Source: Candidatus Poribacteria bacterium (GTDB lineage Bacteria; Poribacteria; WGA-4E; PCPOR2b). Taken from it: a stretch of DNA of 64,000 nt. The position numbers and the translations under genes were made by a program. Each line of letters starts with the position of its first letter. Positions within the stretch are counted from its first letter, which is position 1. Where the stretch lies: the NCBI GenBank assembly GCA_965198175.1, contig OZ240245.1, positions 2,240,001 through 2,304,000 on the forward strand, in the 5' to 3' direction. Below are positions 30,193 to 40,342 of this stretch, in pieces. The notes beneath the pieces are model-generated. The model had not been told where the DNA came from and searched no databases. It saw nothing but the letters and a program-made list of their open reading frames with translations.

Positions 30193-30761
30193 AACTGCGT
30201 GTAAGTGACATCAAGCAATATTTCTACTGTCAAAGGGTAGTCTACCACACCTATTTCACACCCGTCCACCGCCCCGTCACGCATCCGATGCAACTCGGCG
30301 CGATTGAACACGAGGTGCTCACCGTGTTGGAGCGGCGTCGCCTCCTCTCTCGCTATGGACTTGACGAAGGCAGCCGAACCTTTCATCTCACACTGCATGC
30401 GGAATCTCTTGGACTAACAGGCGTATTAGACCTCCTTATTGAGACGGAAGCCGAAGCATTTCCGGTCGAGTTCAAGGCCACAACCCAACGCCTCAACCTC
30501 AACGCAAAATACCAGTTGACCGCGTATGCGATGATGGTGGAGGAGTGTTTCAACAAGACAGTTTCGCAAGGATTCATTTATCGGATACCCACAAGTCGAA
30601 TCACAGCCGTACCGATTTCAGATACACTACGACGCAAAACCCTTGACGCCATACAGCACATACGCGATATACTCACACAGGAGCGAATGCCCCCGCCGAC
30701 GCCGCAGCGCGGAAAATGCGTTGAGTGTGAATTTCGCCGATACTGCGCCGATGTGTTGTGA
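30189..30761 (+). CDS. cas4: Cas4 exonuclease
   Basis: QYFYCQR, G.LD, PVEFK, QLTAY, C-terminal CVECEFRRYC Fe-S cysteines. Confidence 0.95.
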   Translation: MKLRVSDIKQYFYCQRVVYHTYFTPVHRPVTHPMQLGAIEHEVLTVLERRRLLSRYGLDEGSRTFHLTLHAESLGLTGVLDLLIETEAEAFPVEFKATTQRLNLNAKYQLTAYAMMVEECFNKTVSQGFIYRIPTSRITAVPISDTLRRKTLDAIQHIRDILTQERMPPPTPQRGKCVECEFRRYCADVL

Positions 30762-31154
30762 AGGTTTCGCAAATCGGTTTTCTGCGGAAAAACGGGGTCA
30801 ATTTGCGAAAAGTCAATCGCAGCGTGAGATCCAGACCCAGCGCAGATCAGTGGATTCTTTTAGGTAGGATTGGCGCATTTGCATGGGCATTATAGCGGCA
30901 TATTAGGTCGATCTAAGCCCGATTTTCGACAGGCTGGTAATACGTTTCACACGATATACTGGCATACAGGGCAAAACTGAACATTTTCGAAAATGCGAAT
31001 AAGAACCTCCTAAATACCGACGACGACTGAACCCGTCGCACATAAACAGTTTTCCATTGACACAATAAGGAGTTTATGCCATGATAGTAGAAGTAACACA
31101 CAAACGTAGATTCCTACTACGTTTGTCCGATCTACGATTCTCTACGCGAGGTCG
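30762..31154 (+). promoter_or_regulatory. CRISPR leader
   Basis: Non-coding; inverted repeat TTTCGCAAAT/ATTTGCGAAA (30765-30810); TTGACA(31057)-N17-CATGAT with TG extension; CTACG motifs just before repeat 1. Confidence 0.75.
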
Positions 31155-33167
31155 GTAACATTCCATACCGCGATGAAAAGCGGACTGAAAGAGGTAAAAA
31201 GCCAAAGCAAACGATAATCCTAGACTTGGTAACATTCCATACCGCGATGAAAAGCGGACTGAAAGGCACCCGACGCGCCTGCGCCATAGTGGATTGTGTC
31301 AAAGTAACATTCCATACCGCGATGAAAAGCGGACTGAAAGTCTTCGTCGTCGAGCGGTTCGCCACACTTGCATAGCGTAACATTCCATACCGCGATGAAA
31401 AGCGGACTGAAAGACGAAATCCTCAGCCGGTACGAGGTTGGCTTCGACAGTAACATTCCATACCGCGATGAAAAGCGGACTGAAAGATCAATTCGCTGGA
31501 TAGCCTGTGAATGGAAGGCAAAGTAACATTCCATACCGCGATGAAAAGCGGACTGAAAGTGTACTCCGCTTCGTCAATCCTCTTTTTTCGGTCAAGTGTA
31601 ACATTCCATACCGCGATGAAAAGCGGACTGAAAGTTCATGTTTTAGATACCAATCGTCAATCATAATAAGTAACATTCCATACCGCGATGAAAAGCGGAC
31701 TGAAAGTCCTTTAAAGCTTCATATATGCGTGATAAACTGTTGTAACATTCCATACCGCGATGAAAAGCGGACTGAAAGTGCTGTAACGTGGGGCTGTTTT
31801 GCTTGCCATGCGGCGTAACATTCCATACCGCGATGAAAAGCGGACTGAAAGACGCAACGTCCAAACCCTGAAAGGACAAGCCCCAATGGTAACATTCCAT
31901 ACCGCGATGAAAAGCGGACTGAAAGTCAGCCTCCAGCCCCAATCCTCAAGCGGTCTTGCAGTAACATTCCATACCGCGATGAAAAGCGGACTGAAAGACG
32001 ATATTTTGCGTCTTTAGCTTTTATACCGATGAGTAACAACCTATACCGCGATGAAAAGCGGACTGAAAGTCGAATTGTCTAAACAGAACCCGAACGCGAT
32101 TATTCGTAACAACCTATACCGCGATGAAAAGCGGACTGAAAGCTGAAGATGAGCATCTCATAGAAGCATTAACAGAAAGGTAACAACCTATACCGCGATG
32201 AAAAGCGGACTGAAAGAATGTATGGAAAACGCCATTCTTCTGAGACTAAAATGTAACAACCTATACCGCGATGAAAAGCGGACTGAAAGAACTTGTAAAA
32301 GAATCTTTTATCCCGCCCCATAAGTCGTAACATTCCATACCGCGATGAAAAGCGGACTGAAAGTTCTGGGTAATATGCGCCGCATTGTAGTCTGTGAGTG
32401 TAACATTCCATACCGCGATGAAAAGCGGACTGAAAGCTGTTGATCCGCCGCCCACGGTAATCTGTGTCGGTTCAGTAACATTCCATACCGCGATGAAAAG
32501 CGGACTGAAAGATAAACAGAGAGGCTAAATGTGCATGGCGTGTTAGAGTAACATTCCATACCGCGATGAAAAGCGGACTGAAAGCTCAGCAAAATTGATA
32601 GTACTGGGGAGACCTTTGGTGAGTAACATTCCATACCGCGATGAAAAGCGGACTGAAAGATGAAATGTTAGATAAGATTGAGGTAAGAGAGATAGTAACA
32701 TTCCATACCGCGATGAAAAGCGGACTGAAAGCTGCTAAAATGTTTTTCATAATACCCCTTATGGTGTTCGTAACATTCCATACCGCGATGAAAAGCGGAC
32801 TGAAAGATGAAATGTTAGATAAGATTGAGGTAAGAGAGATAGTAACATTCCATACCGCGATGAAAAGCGGACTGAAAGTAAATTATTTCCGACAACAGGC
32901 TTTCACCTTCATCGTAACAACCTATACCGCGATGAAAAGCGGACTGAAAGGTTCGCATAATCACTAACCAGCGTGAATTGCAGGGTGTAACAACCTATAC
33001 CGCGATGAAAAGCGGACTGAAAGGTTTCTTGACGCTATTTGAAGACCCTGACGGGGACGTAACAACCTATACCGCGATGAAAAGCGGACTGAAAGTCGAA
33101 CAGCACGAAGAGTCCGACGACGAGGCGATGGTAACAACCTATACCGCGATGAAAAGCGGACTGAAAG
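31155..33167 (+). CRISPR. CRISPR array: 28 repeats of 37 bp, 27 spacers of 35-38 bp
   Basis: Repeat A GTAACATTCCATACCGCGATGAAAAGCGGACTGAAAG (20 copies), repeat B GTAACAACCTATACCGCGATGAAAAGCGGACTGAAAG (8 copies); CCGC/GCGG stem; leader on the left. Confidence 0.99.
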
Positions 33168-33180
33168 TCCCAATAGCTGG

Positions 33181-33390
33181 GTGATGTTAATGGCGGAAGG
33201 ATTCTTTATGTATCCTGACCGACATGCTACTAACGTGTTTGCTAAATTTGATGAGAACGTAGAACGTTGGGTGCGTCTCCAGGTTGACGATAATCTTAAA
33301 CCCGAACCCATAAAGGTTATCCTGAGAAACCGCCGAAATGGACTCAGGTTTGAATCTCTTGGAGCAACTAACCCTAACCGTCCAGTCTAA
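33181..33390 (+). CDS. Hypothetical 66-69 aa protein inside oversized CRISPR spacer
   Basis: Open frame beginning 13 bp after repeat 28; GGGTGATG SD-like sequence before ATG 33190; no recognisable family. Confidence 0.45.
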   Translation: MMLMAEGFFMYPDRHATNVFAKFDENVERWVRLQVDDNLKPEPIKVILRNRRNGLRFESLGATNPNRPV

Positions 33391-33436
33391 CGATTGGATC
33401 AAGGAGACAGCCAATACGGCTGGAGGAGATGTGCCT

Positions 33437-33700
33437 ATGGAGATGGAAGCTCGCAGACTTATTAAAGAATGTGATGACTTTCTGAAGGAATGTATACGGA
33501 AGGGTGAGGTTTGGTCGGATTGGTTTGATCCCTATCTGGCTAAACTCGCCGTGTATTACGGGTTGGTTGAAGACCAGCGTATGAAGAATGAACTTAAAGT
33601 GGTTATAGGTCTTCTCGAAGTACAAAAAGCTGAGGTTGAACGTCTTGCTGAGGAGAAATATATTAAGGAAGGGATTGACCGCATTCGCAAACGTTACTAG
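33437..33700 (+). CDS. Hypothetical 87-aa helical protein inside oversized CRISPR spacer
   Basis: GGAGGAG RBS 8 nt before ATG 33437; MEMEARRLIKECDDFLKECIRKGEVWSDWFDPY...KRY; TAG stop uses first G of terminal repeat. Confidence 0.65.
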   Translation: MEMEARRLIKECDDFLKECIRKGEVWSDWFDPYLAKLAVYYGLVEDQRMKNELKVVIGLLEVQKAEVERLAEEKYIKEGIDRIRKRY

Positions 33701-33736
33701 TCTCAACTTATGCCGCGATGAATAGCGGACTGAAAG
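33700..33736 (+). CRISPR. Degenerate terminal repeat
   Basis: GTCTCAACTTATGCCGCGATGAATAGCGGACTGAAAG, 32/37 identical to repeat B; stem and 3' handle intact. Confidence 0.92.
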
Positions 33737-34154
33737 TATTACTTCAGTAACTATAGGCTTGTATTGAAAATGAGCATTCTCAACTTATTTCCGCTGGGAC
33801 TTCAGAATAATCGACGCCAAGAACCCGCACCCTATTTAGCTTTCCGGTACTTCGCGCGCTTTTTTGGATGTGCCAATTGCTCACAAAATAAGTTAAAGGC
33901 TCATGTTACTATTTACATTGATAATTACACACATTCAGATGCCCTTGATTTGGGGTAAACTGAGCTAATAGATCAAACGACTGCAAAAGGAGCGATTAAC
34001 CGACTGAGCAGAGAGGGCGATAGTTTTCCTATAGCCTTGCTTAGTTCAAAAGCCCATAACCCGTATTTATTTTTTTATTGCCGCAAGAGAGAACGCTGAT
34101 GTCTATTTCTTAGTCGCAGTGACTATAACACACTTAAAACACGGGGCGAACTAG

Positions 34155-36809
34155 ATGTTACTACGGCTGGCAATGATGGGCATCAGTAATCTGTTTATTC
34201 TCGGATTAACAGGTTTCCTCTATCGACCCCTCCGGACGAAAACCACTCATCTTGACCTGCCAATATTTGGTTTCCTATGGATCTTCAATGCCACGCTGTT
34301 CACATTTCTCTTCGGCGTCTTTGGGATTCTGAAACCGACGGTGATGACTCTCGTAAGCCTCATCGGCTTGTGCGGGTTGGCAGTTCATGCCTACCGGAGG
34401 CGGTTGCGTTACGCCGCAACGCTGGGTACGCTCTTTAATCAGTTCAAGGGCTTGAGATTCACCGTTGTCAGCGGGCTTCTCGTTGCCGCGGCACTCCTCC
34501 AACTTGGGCGCATCGCATTCCATGTGTGGTATATCCCTCCCTATGTTCACGACACGTTGACCTACCATCTTCCCAACGTCGCCGAATGGGTGCAGAAGGA
34601 ACGAATCCACGCCATCTCTACCCCAGTGATTCGGAGTAATTGGCCCGCCGCGTTCGAAGTTTTTGAGACCTGGTTCGTTGTCTTCCTGCATCACGATCTC
34701 TTGATTCAACTGGCGTGTGTCGCCTGCTACCTGCTTGCTGTCATATCGGTGTTCGCCATAGGTCGAGGGCTAGGCATGGGAACCCATCTTGCAGCGGGTG
34801 TCGCGTTACTCTTTGCCTATACGCCCTCGGTGGCAATCCATGCGACCTCGTGCAAGAATGACCTCGCCGTGGCGGCGTTTTACCTTTTTTCGACGGCGAT
34901 TCTAGTGGACCTGTTGCGGAACGGAGACAATGCGGCTTTTCCCTTGAATCGTCGTTTTCTACTATTGGCGATGGCGTTTGCTTTCGGTGTGGGCACAAAG
35001 GCATACACGGTTTTCATTGCGCCGGGCATAATTGTCCTGGGCATCCTTGCGTTGTTCAAACATCGGTTGTTCAAAGTTGCCATCCATGCCCTGCGTCCCA
35101 GCCGCACTCTATCTGCACGCCAGCTTTTGCTTTATTCCAGTCTTCTCCTAGCAAGTGGGGTTTTGGCATTATACTGGTATGTGCGCAACTACGTCGTCTT
35201 TGATAACCCGTTCTATCCAGCCGACTTTCGGCTCTTCGGACATTTAATCTTTGGTACGGGAAATCCACCTAACCCAGGCATATCAGCCCAGCCGTCCTTT
35301 AGCTTCCACTCCATGTGGGCGAATACACGGAACTTGGTAACTTTCAAAATTTTCGATCAGCTCCGATATTACGCGGATCTACACCGCATCACCGGGTGGG
35401 GCTGGTTTAGTTTTGCCTGTGGCATATCGTCCGTAATCTATGGTGCACTGTTTGACAGAAGGGTACGCTCGCTCATATTCTGTTTCGTTCTTTCCTTACT
35501 GTCGCTGTTGGGATGGATATTCGTTGATGATTGGCATGGACGATTCCTTCATTTTTTCCCTCCTATCTTTGCGATTGCCTTCGGCGCAACGCTGATGCAT
35601 CTGACAACGCGATGGGTATGGGTGTCCCTGTCGATACTTGCGACGATCTGTAGCCTGTTCAATTTTGTCGCAGTCCTCAATGTTGGTGTCTTTGCTAAAG
35701 AAGACTTGAAGCATCTCATGGAAACCCCGGCGCTAAAGCGCTCCGCTGCAGACCGGAGTATACCGTGGTCCGGCGGAGGATTATTTCAAGAGATACATAA
35801 CCGTGTTCCCAAAGGTGAAGTTATCGGCTATAACGCGGGAAAAAATGACGTTATCTACCCGCTATACGACAGCGACCTATCCCGCCGCCTCCGCTATTTT
35901 CCCAATTCGATCGACAACGTTGCAGAGTTTATGAAATCTCAGAATATCCACTATCTGTATGCATCAGGATCAGGAGGGCGGGGTGTGTGGGAATATCCCT
36001 ATGTCGGTCATCAGATTGGGATTCGTAACGGTAGGTTGGCAACTTGGTTCAATATTCAATCGGTGAATCGGGAATACGATTCAGGTGTTATTCGTGCTCA
36101 CGAATGGACGCACCTCGCTTTTACGTTCAGTGGGCGGGCAGCTGTTTCTTACGTGAATGGCGAGGTCGTTGCCAAGCACACGGACCGCCGGGGAAAAATT
36201 GAATTCAAGGAAAATCCGTACTTTGTGATTGGTGACCGTTCCAATGTCGCACCGGGTGAACCTTTCAAAGGATTGGTCGATGAAGCTGCATTATTCAATC
36301 GCGTGTTATCGCAACAGGAGATTCGAACGGCTATGAAACAAGGGATTTCTCTAGCTGAACCGGTCCATGTCGAATCATCAGGAACGTTAGCAAACGCCAA
36401 TGGTTTAGTAGCTTATTACCGATTTGATAAAGGCACTAGAGACTTGTCGGGTAAGGGGCACGATGGAAAACTGGTTGGTGTTGTGGAGTTAGTTCCGGAT
36501 GAAGGAGCGCCAGTTCCCAACGGAAATGGGTGCGTACGGTTTTCGGGCCGTGCAGGCAACGTAGTGGATTGCGGCAAATCATCAGATCTCCGAATTGCAC
36601 GCAATCTGACGCTAATGGCGTGGGTCAAACCCGATGCGGTTGGTCCCACGCAGTTTGTCGCAGGTCCAGCTTACGCCGGTGGAAAATGGTATGAGACTTT
36701 GGATATTCAGACAGCTATTCGAGATGGGAATCTTATTGAAATCACGGAGCATCTTTATGCGCTTAAATCGACTGAAGCTAATCGCCGGATTCATAATTCT
36801 GACAATTAA
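34155..36809 (+). CDS. Membrane glycosyltransferase (GT-C, ArnT/PMT-like) with LamG-like jellyroll insertion
   Basis: About 13 TM segments, DTLTYHLP, KNDL, WYVRNY..FDNPFYP; C-terminal LamG motifs WTHLAFTF, YVNG, GLVDE..LFNRVLSQQEI. Confidence 0.75.
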   Translation: MLLRLAMMGISNLFILGLTGFLYRPLRTKTTHLDLPIFGFLWIFNATLFTFLFGVFGILKPTVMTLVSLIGLCGLAVHAYRRRLRYAATLGTLFNQFKGLRFTVVSGLLVAAALLQLGRIAFHVWYIPPYVHDTLTYHLPNVAEWVQKERIHAISTPVIRSNWPAAFEVFETWFVVFLHHDLLIQLACVACYLLAVISVFAIGRGLGMGTHLAAGVALLFAYTPSVAIHATSCKNDLAVAAFYLFSTAILVDLLRNGDNAAFPLNRRFLLLAMAFAFGVGTKAYTVFIAPGIIVLGILALFKHRLFKVAIHALRPSRTLSARQLLLYSSLLLASGVLALYWYVRNYVVFDNPFYPADFRLFGHLIFGTGNPPNPGISAQPSFSFHSMWANTRNLVTFKIFDQLRYYADLHRITGWGWFSFACGISSVIYGALFDRRVRSLIFCFVLSLLSLLGWIFVDDWHGRFLHFFPPIFAIAFGATLMHLTTRWVWVSLSILATICSLFNFVAVLNVGVFAKEDLKHLMETPALKRSAADRSIPWSGGGLFQEIHNRVPKGEVIGYNAGKNDVIYPLYDSDLSRRLRYFPNSIDNVAEFMKSQNIHYLYASGSGGRGVWEYPYVGHQIGIRNGRLATWFNIQSVNREYDSGVIRAHEWTHLAFTFSGRAAVSYVNGEVVAKHTDRRGKIEFKENPYFVIGDRSNVAPGEPFKGLVDEAALFNRVLSQQEIRTAMKQGISLAEPVHVESSGTLANANGLVAYYRFDKGTRDLSGKGHDGKLVGVVELVPDEGAPVPNGNGCVRFSGRAGNVVDCGKSSDLRIARNLTLMAWVKPDAVGPTQFVAGPAYAGGKWYETLDIQTAIRDGNLIEITEHLYALKSTEANRRIHNSDN

Positions 36810-37113
36810 CTTAGTTCTGTTTTATGTTTACTTCTCCAAGCAAGCCAAGTTCTCCTTCGAGTTCATCTTGTCACTGTTGCGAAGCTGAAGGTCGGAATCG
36901 CTGAACGAATGAAGATACGCCAGAATACAATTAGACTGTTGGGCAGAGGTGGAGCTAAAGCAATTAGACGTTAGTTGAATCAACCGTTGTGAGACTTGAA
37001 GTAACCTAATCGCCGACGTTGGACGACAGTCTCGATCGCGTGGGTAGGATTGACATACACGTCCACGTTCTGATTCACTTATTCAGGATAACGTGCCAGC
37101 TTCAGTTTTTTGC

Positions 37114-37142
37114 TTGACCAACCTATCGCCAGGTGATATGAT
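37114..37142 (+). promoter_or_regulatory. Sigma70-type promoter of def
   Basis: TTGACC-N17-TATGAT with TG extension. Confidence 0.55.
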
Positions 37143-37195
37143 TATTGATGGTTTCAACGGAAATCCGACAATCAAGGTAGAGAGTTTTTCCAGCA

Positions 37196-37804
37196 ATGGC
37201 AAAACGTGGACGGAAAAAAAGAGCAGCATCATCGCCGAAACAGAGGTCTTCCGAAGCGCTAAATCGTGACTATCCTAACTACTATAATGAGGGTCCACTC
37301 CGTATTCGGCTTTATGGAGACCCTGTATTACGGCAAAAAGCGCTTCCCATTCCAAAAATAACAGACGTTGAGCGGAAGATTGCAGAAGATATGTTAGCAA
37401 CAATGTATTCTGTGCCAAACGGCGTGGGGTTAGCTGCACCACAGGTAGGGATTTTGAAGCGATTGATTGTCATTGACGTGAACCGAGATGATGTATCCAG
37501 CAAACCATTAGTAATGATAAATCCCGAGACGCAAAGCCTCAATGGTGAATTGATTGAAGATGAAGGCTGCTTGAGTGTTCCCAATATTACAGCCGAAGTC
37601 AAACGGGCGACAGAGGCTGTAGTCACGGCGCTGAATTTGGATGATGAAACAATATCCGTTAAGACTGAAGGCTTACTCGCCCGCGTCTTACAACATGAAA
37701 TTGATCACCTCAACGGCGTGCTGTTTATCGATCACGTCAGCGGCTTGAAGCGCCAGCTCCTCCGAGGAAAGTGGCAGAAACTTAAGCACCTTTCACATGC
37801 GTAG
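37196..37804 (+). CDS. def: Peptide deformylase
   Basis: GVGLAAPQVG, EGCLS, QHEIDHLNG. Confidence 0.97.
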   Translation: MAKRGRKKRAASSPKQRSSEALNRDYPNYYNEGPLRIRLYGDPVLRQKALPIPKITDVERKIAEDMLATMYSVPNGVGLAAPQVGILKRLIVIDVNRDDVSSKPLVMINPETQSLNGELIEDEGCLSVPNITAEVKRATEAVVTALNLDDETISVKTEGLLARVLQHEIDHLNGVLFIDHVSGLKRQLLRGKWQKLKHLSHA

Positions 37805-37920
37805 AATAATTAGGACAGGAAGGTAAGAAGGATACTGAAGGCGTGAAGAGATGCAACGTGTTTTACGAATCACACTTTGAGTAAAACCTTTCACGTTTTC
37901 GCGCCCGATATAACTGGGTT

Positions 37921-38793
37921 GTGAAAAGAGGATTGACTATGCCGAAAGAAGCCAAATCTTCAGGAATCGATCAGAAGGTGAATCTTCTTCTTGAACGCTT
38001 AAAATCCTACGGAAAGGTTATCGTAGCATTTTCAGGTGGTGTTGACAGCACACTCCTAGCTGAAGCTGCCCACCGCGCGCTCGGGAGAAACGCGCTTGCT
38101 GTGACAGCGATTTCTGACTCCTACCCTGAACGTGAGATGAAAGCGGCACAGGAAATTGCCGAGCAGATTGGAATCCGTTTTGAAACGATACAGACCGAAG
38201 AACTTGAGATGGAAGGGTATACAAATAATCCGACGAACCGTTGCTATTTCTGCAAGACCGAGCTGTTTAACAAGCTTCGCCCCATCGCCGAAAAATATCA
38301 GATTGGCACGATTGTCTACGGTGCAATCCCCGATGACGTTGGGGATTATCGACCTGGTATGGATGCAGCCAAACAGATGGGCGTTCAGGCACCGCTGATT
38401 GATGTGGATTTGACAAAAGCAGAAATCCGGGAACTCTTGAGAAGTTGGGACATACCGATTTGGGACAAGCCCGCCTTTGCCTGTTTATCATCTCGATTTC
38501 CCTACGGCACAAAAATTACGCGCGAAAATCTGCGCCGGATCGATCGGGCAGAGCAATTCCTGTATGATTTGGGAATTCGTCAATTCCGTGTGCGTCATCA
38601 TGACAAACTTGCGCGGATTGAGCTTGATCCCCAAGACATTGAACACACGGCGACCAAACAGATTCGAACCCAGATTAATGAAAAATTCAAATCCCTTGGC
38701 TATCAGTACGTCACTTTAGATTTGCAGGGCTATAGATCCGGCAGTTTGAACGAAGGATTCCAGATTTCAACACAACAGTCAGGTTCAGAATAG
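37921..38793 (+). CDS. larE: ATP-dependent sacrificial sulfur transferase LarE
   Basis: AFSGGVDS PP-loop, RCYFCK, DYRPG, ACLSSRFPYG, GYRSGS. Confidence 0.92.
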   Translation: MKRGLTMPKEAKSSGIDQKVNLLLERLKSYGKVIVAFSGGVDSTLLAEAAHRALGRNALAVTAISDSYPEREMKAAQEIAEQIGIRFETIQTEELEMEGYTNNPTNRCYFCKTELFNKLRPIAEKYQIGTIVYGAIPDDVGDYRPGMDAAKQMGVQAPLIDVDLTKAEIRELLRSWDIPIWDKPAFACLSSRFPYGTKITRENLRRIDRAEQFLYDLGIRQFRVRHHDKLARIELDPQDIEHTATKQIRTQINEKFKSLGYQYVTLDLQGYRSGSLNEGFQISTQQSGSE

Positions 38794-38833
38794 CGGCGTT
38801 CTTGACTGCTGCATTAAACGATTAGGAAAAACA

Positions 38834-40171
38834 GTGCTACAGCAACAAACGCGATCCAATCGACAAACCAAACCGATTATTGGCGCCGATATTTTCAATT
38901 GGAACAAATGGGATGCATGTACCCACTGCGGTCTTTGCCTGCCGACTTGTCCAACCTACCGAGAGCTAGGCTTAGAGACCGATTCTCCGCGTGGTAGACT
39001 CTACCTGATGGGCGCTGCATTCAGGGCAGAAGATCCTGTTCCGCTCAACGATGACTGGGCAACGTATATGTACCGGTGCTTGGATTGCCGTGCGTGTGAA
39101 ACAGCATGTCCCTCTGGCGTGCATTTTGGCGAAGTTATGGAGGAAGCGCGCGCGATTTACGAACTGAATACAAATCGCCCTGCCGAACAAAAATTCTGGC
39201 GACGTTTCGCCTTCAAGGAGATTCTCCCGCACAAGAAGCGGTTGGATTTTATCTTCGGGGTGCTATGGTTGTATCAACGGCTAGGTGTGCGCTGGCTAGC
39301 TCGGAAGTCAGGTTTGCTCAAGCTCATGGGAAAATTAGGCGAGGCGGAGTCGTTAATGCCCAACATTGCCGATCCGTACCTTAAATCCAAACTTCAGGAA
39401 TTTACACCTTCGAAGGGAAAGGCCAGATATCGTGTTGGATTTATTTCAGGTTGCATCATGAATCAGGTTTTTACGGAGACGAACCTGGCAACTGTCCGCG
39501 TCTTAATCGAAAATGGCTGTGACGTCATCACACCATCTCAGCAAACATGCTGTGGTGCGCTGCATGTACATAATGGTGTCCGCGATGTCGGTATGGACCT
39601 CGCACGACAAAATATTGATGCGTTTAATGTTGACGACTTAGACGCGATTATCATCAACGCAGCAGGGTGTGGTGCTACACTCAAAGAATACGTGAGCTTG
39701 TTAGAAAACGACCCCGTGTATGCCGAAAAATCCAAAGCGTTCAGTGCGAAGATGAAAGATATCAGTGAGTTTCTCGCTGAGATTGAAATGAAGCCGCCGC
39801 AAGGTGAAATTAAGCGTCGCGTGACATACGATGAACCGTGCCATCTCGTGCATGGACAGAGAAATTGGCTCCAGCCTCGCAAAGTTCTTCAATCGATTCC
39901 GGGACTGAATCTTATCGAACTCCGCGAATCGGAATGGTGCTGTGGCGGCGCGGGTATCTACAACATCACCCAACCGGAAATGTCGGCGCAGATACTAGAA
40001 CGCAAAATGGCGCATATCGCCGAAGTGGATGCTGAAGTCATCGCTACGGGCAATCCGGGGTGTGTCTTGCAACTCCAACTCGGTGTTCAAAAACATAACT
40101 TGCCGATGAAAGTGATGCACCCAGTCGAGCTTCTTGACTGCTCTTATCGGGAGGTAGATCCTCTCCCGTAA
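38834..40171 (+). CDS. glcF: Glycolate oxidase iron-sulfur subunit
   Basis: Two 4Fe-4S motifs (CTHCGLCLPTCP, CLDCRACETACP), SPRGR, two CCG domains. Confidence 0.9.
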   Translation: MLQQQTRSNRQTKPIIGADIFNWNKWDACTHCGLCLPTCPTYRELGLETDSPRGRLYLMGAAFRAEDPVPLNDDWATYMYRCLDCRACETACPSGVHFGEVMEEARAIYELNTNRPAEQKFWRRFAFKEILPHKKRLDFIFGVLWLYQRLGVRWLARKSGLLKLMGKLGEAESLMPNIADPYLKSKLQEFTPSKGKARYRVGFISGCIMNQVFTETNLATVRVLIENGCDVITPSQQTCCGALHVHNGVRDVGMDLARQNIDAFNVDDLDAIIINAAGCGATLKEYVSLLENDPVYAEKSKAFSAKMKDISEFLAEIEMKPPQGEIKRRVTYDEPCHLVHGQRNWLQPRKVLQSIPGLNLIELRESEWCCGGAGIYNITQPEMSAQILERKMAHIAEVDAEVIATGNPGCVLQLQLGVQKHNLPMKVMHPVELLDCSYREVDPLP

Positions 40172-40342
40172 AATGAAGCATCTGTAATATAGCGGGGCGT
40201 TGCTTACAGCAAGGTAGGTACTATGAAAAACTTCGCTGTGCGGAGGTAGGTCTTCCTATATGCGCGGTACAAGTTGAGTGGCGCGATAAAAGACACATTC
40301 CCGTGTAGACCCTAAGAGGACACCAAATTTCATTTCAATCGC

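Noticed and set aside
31132..33311. Many 60-115 aa ORFs across the CRISPR array
   Set aside because: Artefacts of translating repeats (recurring VTFHTAMKSGLK and LSVRFSSRYGML).
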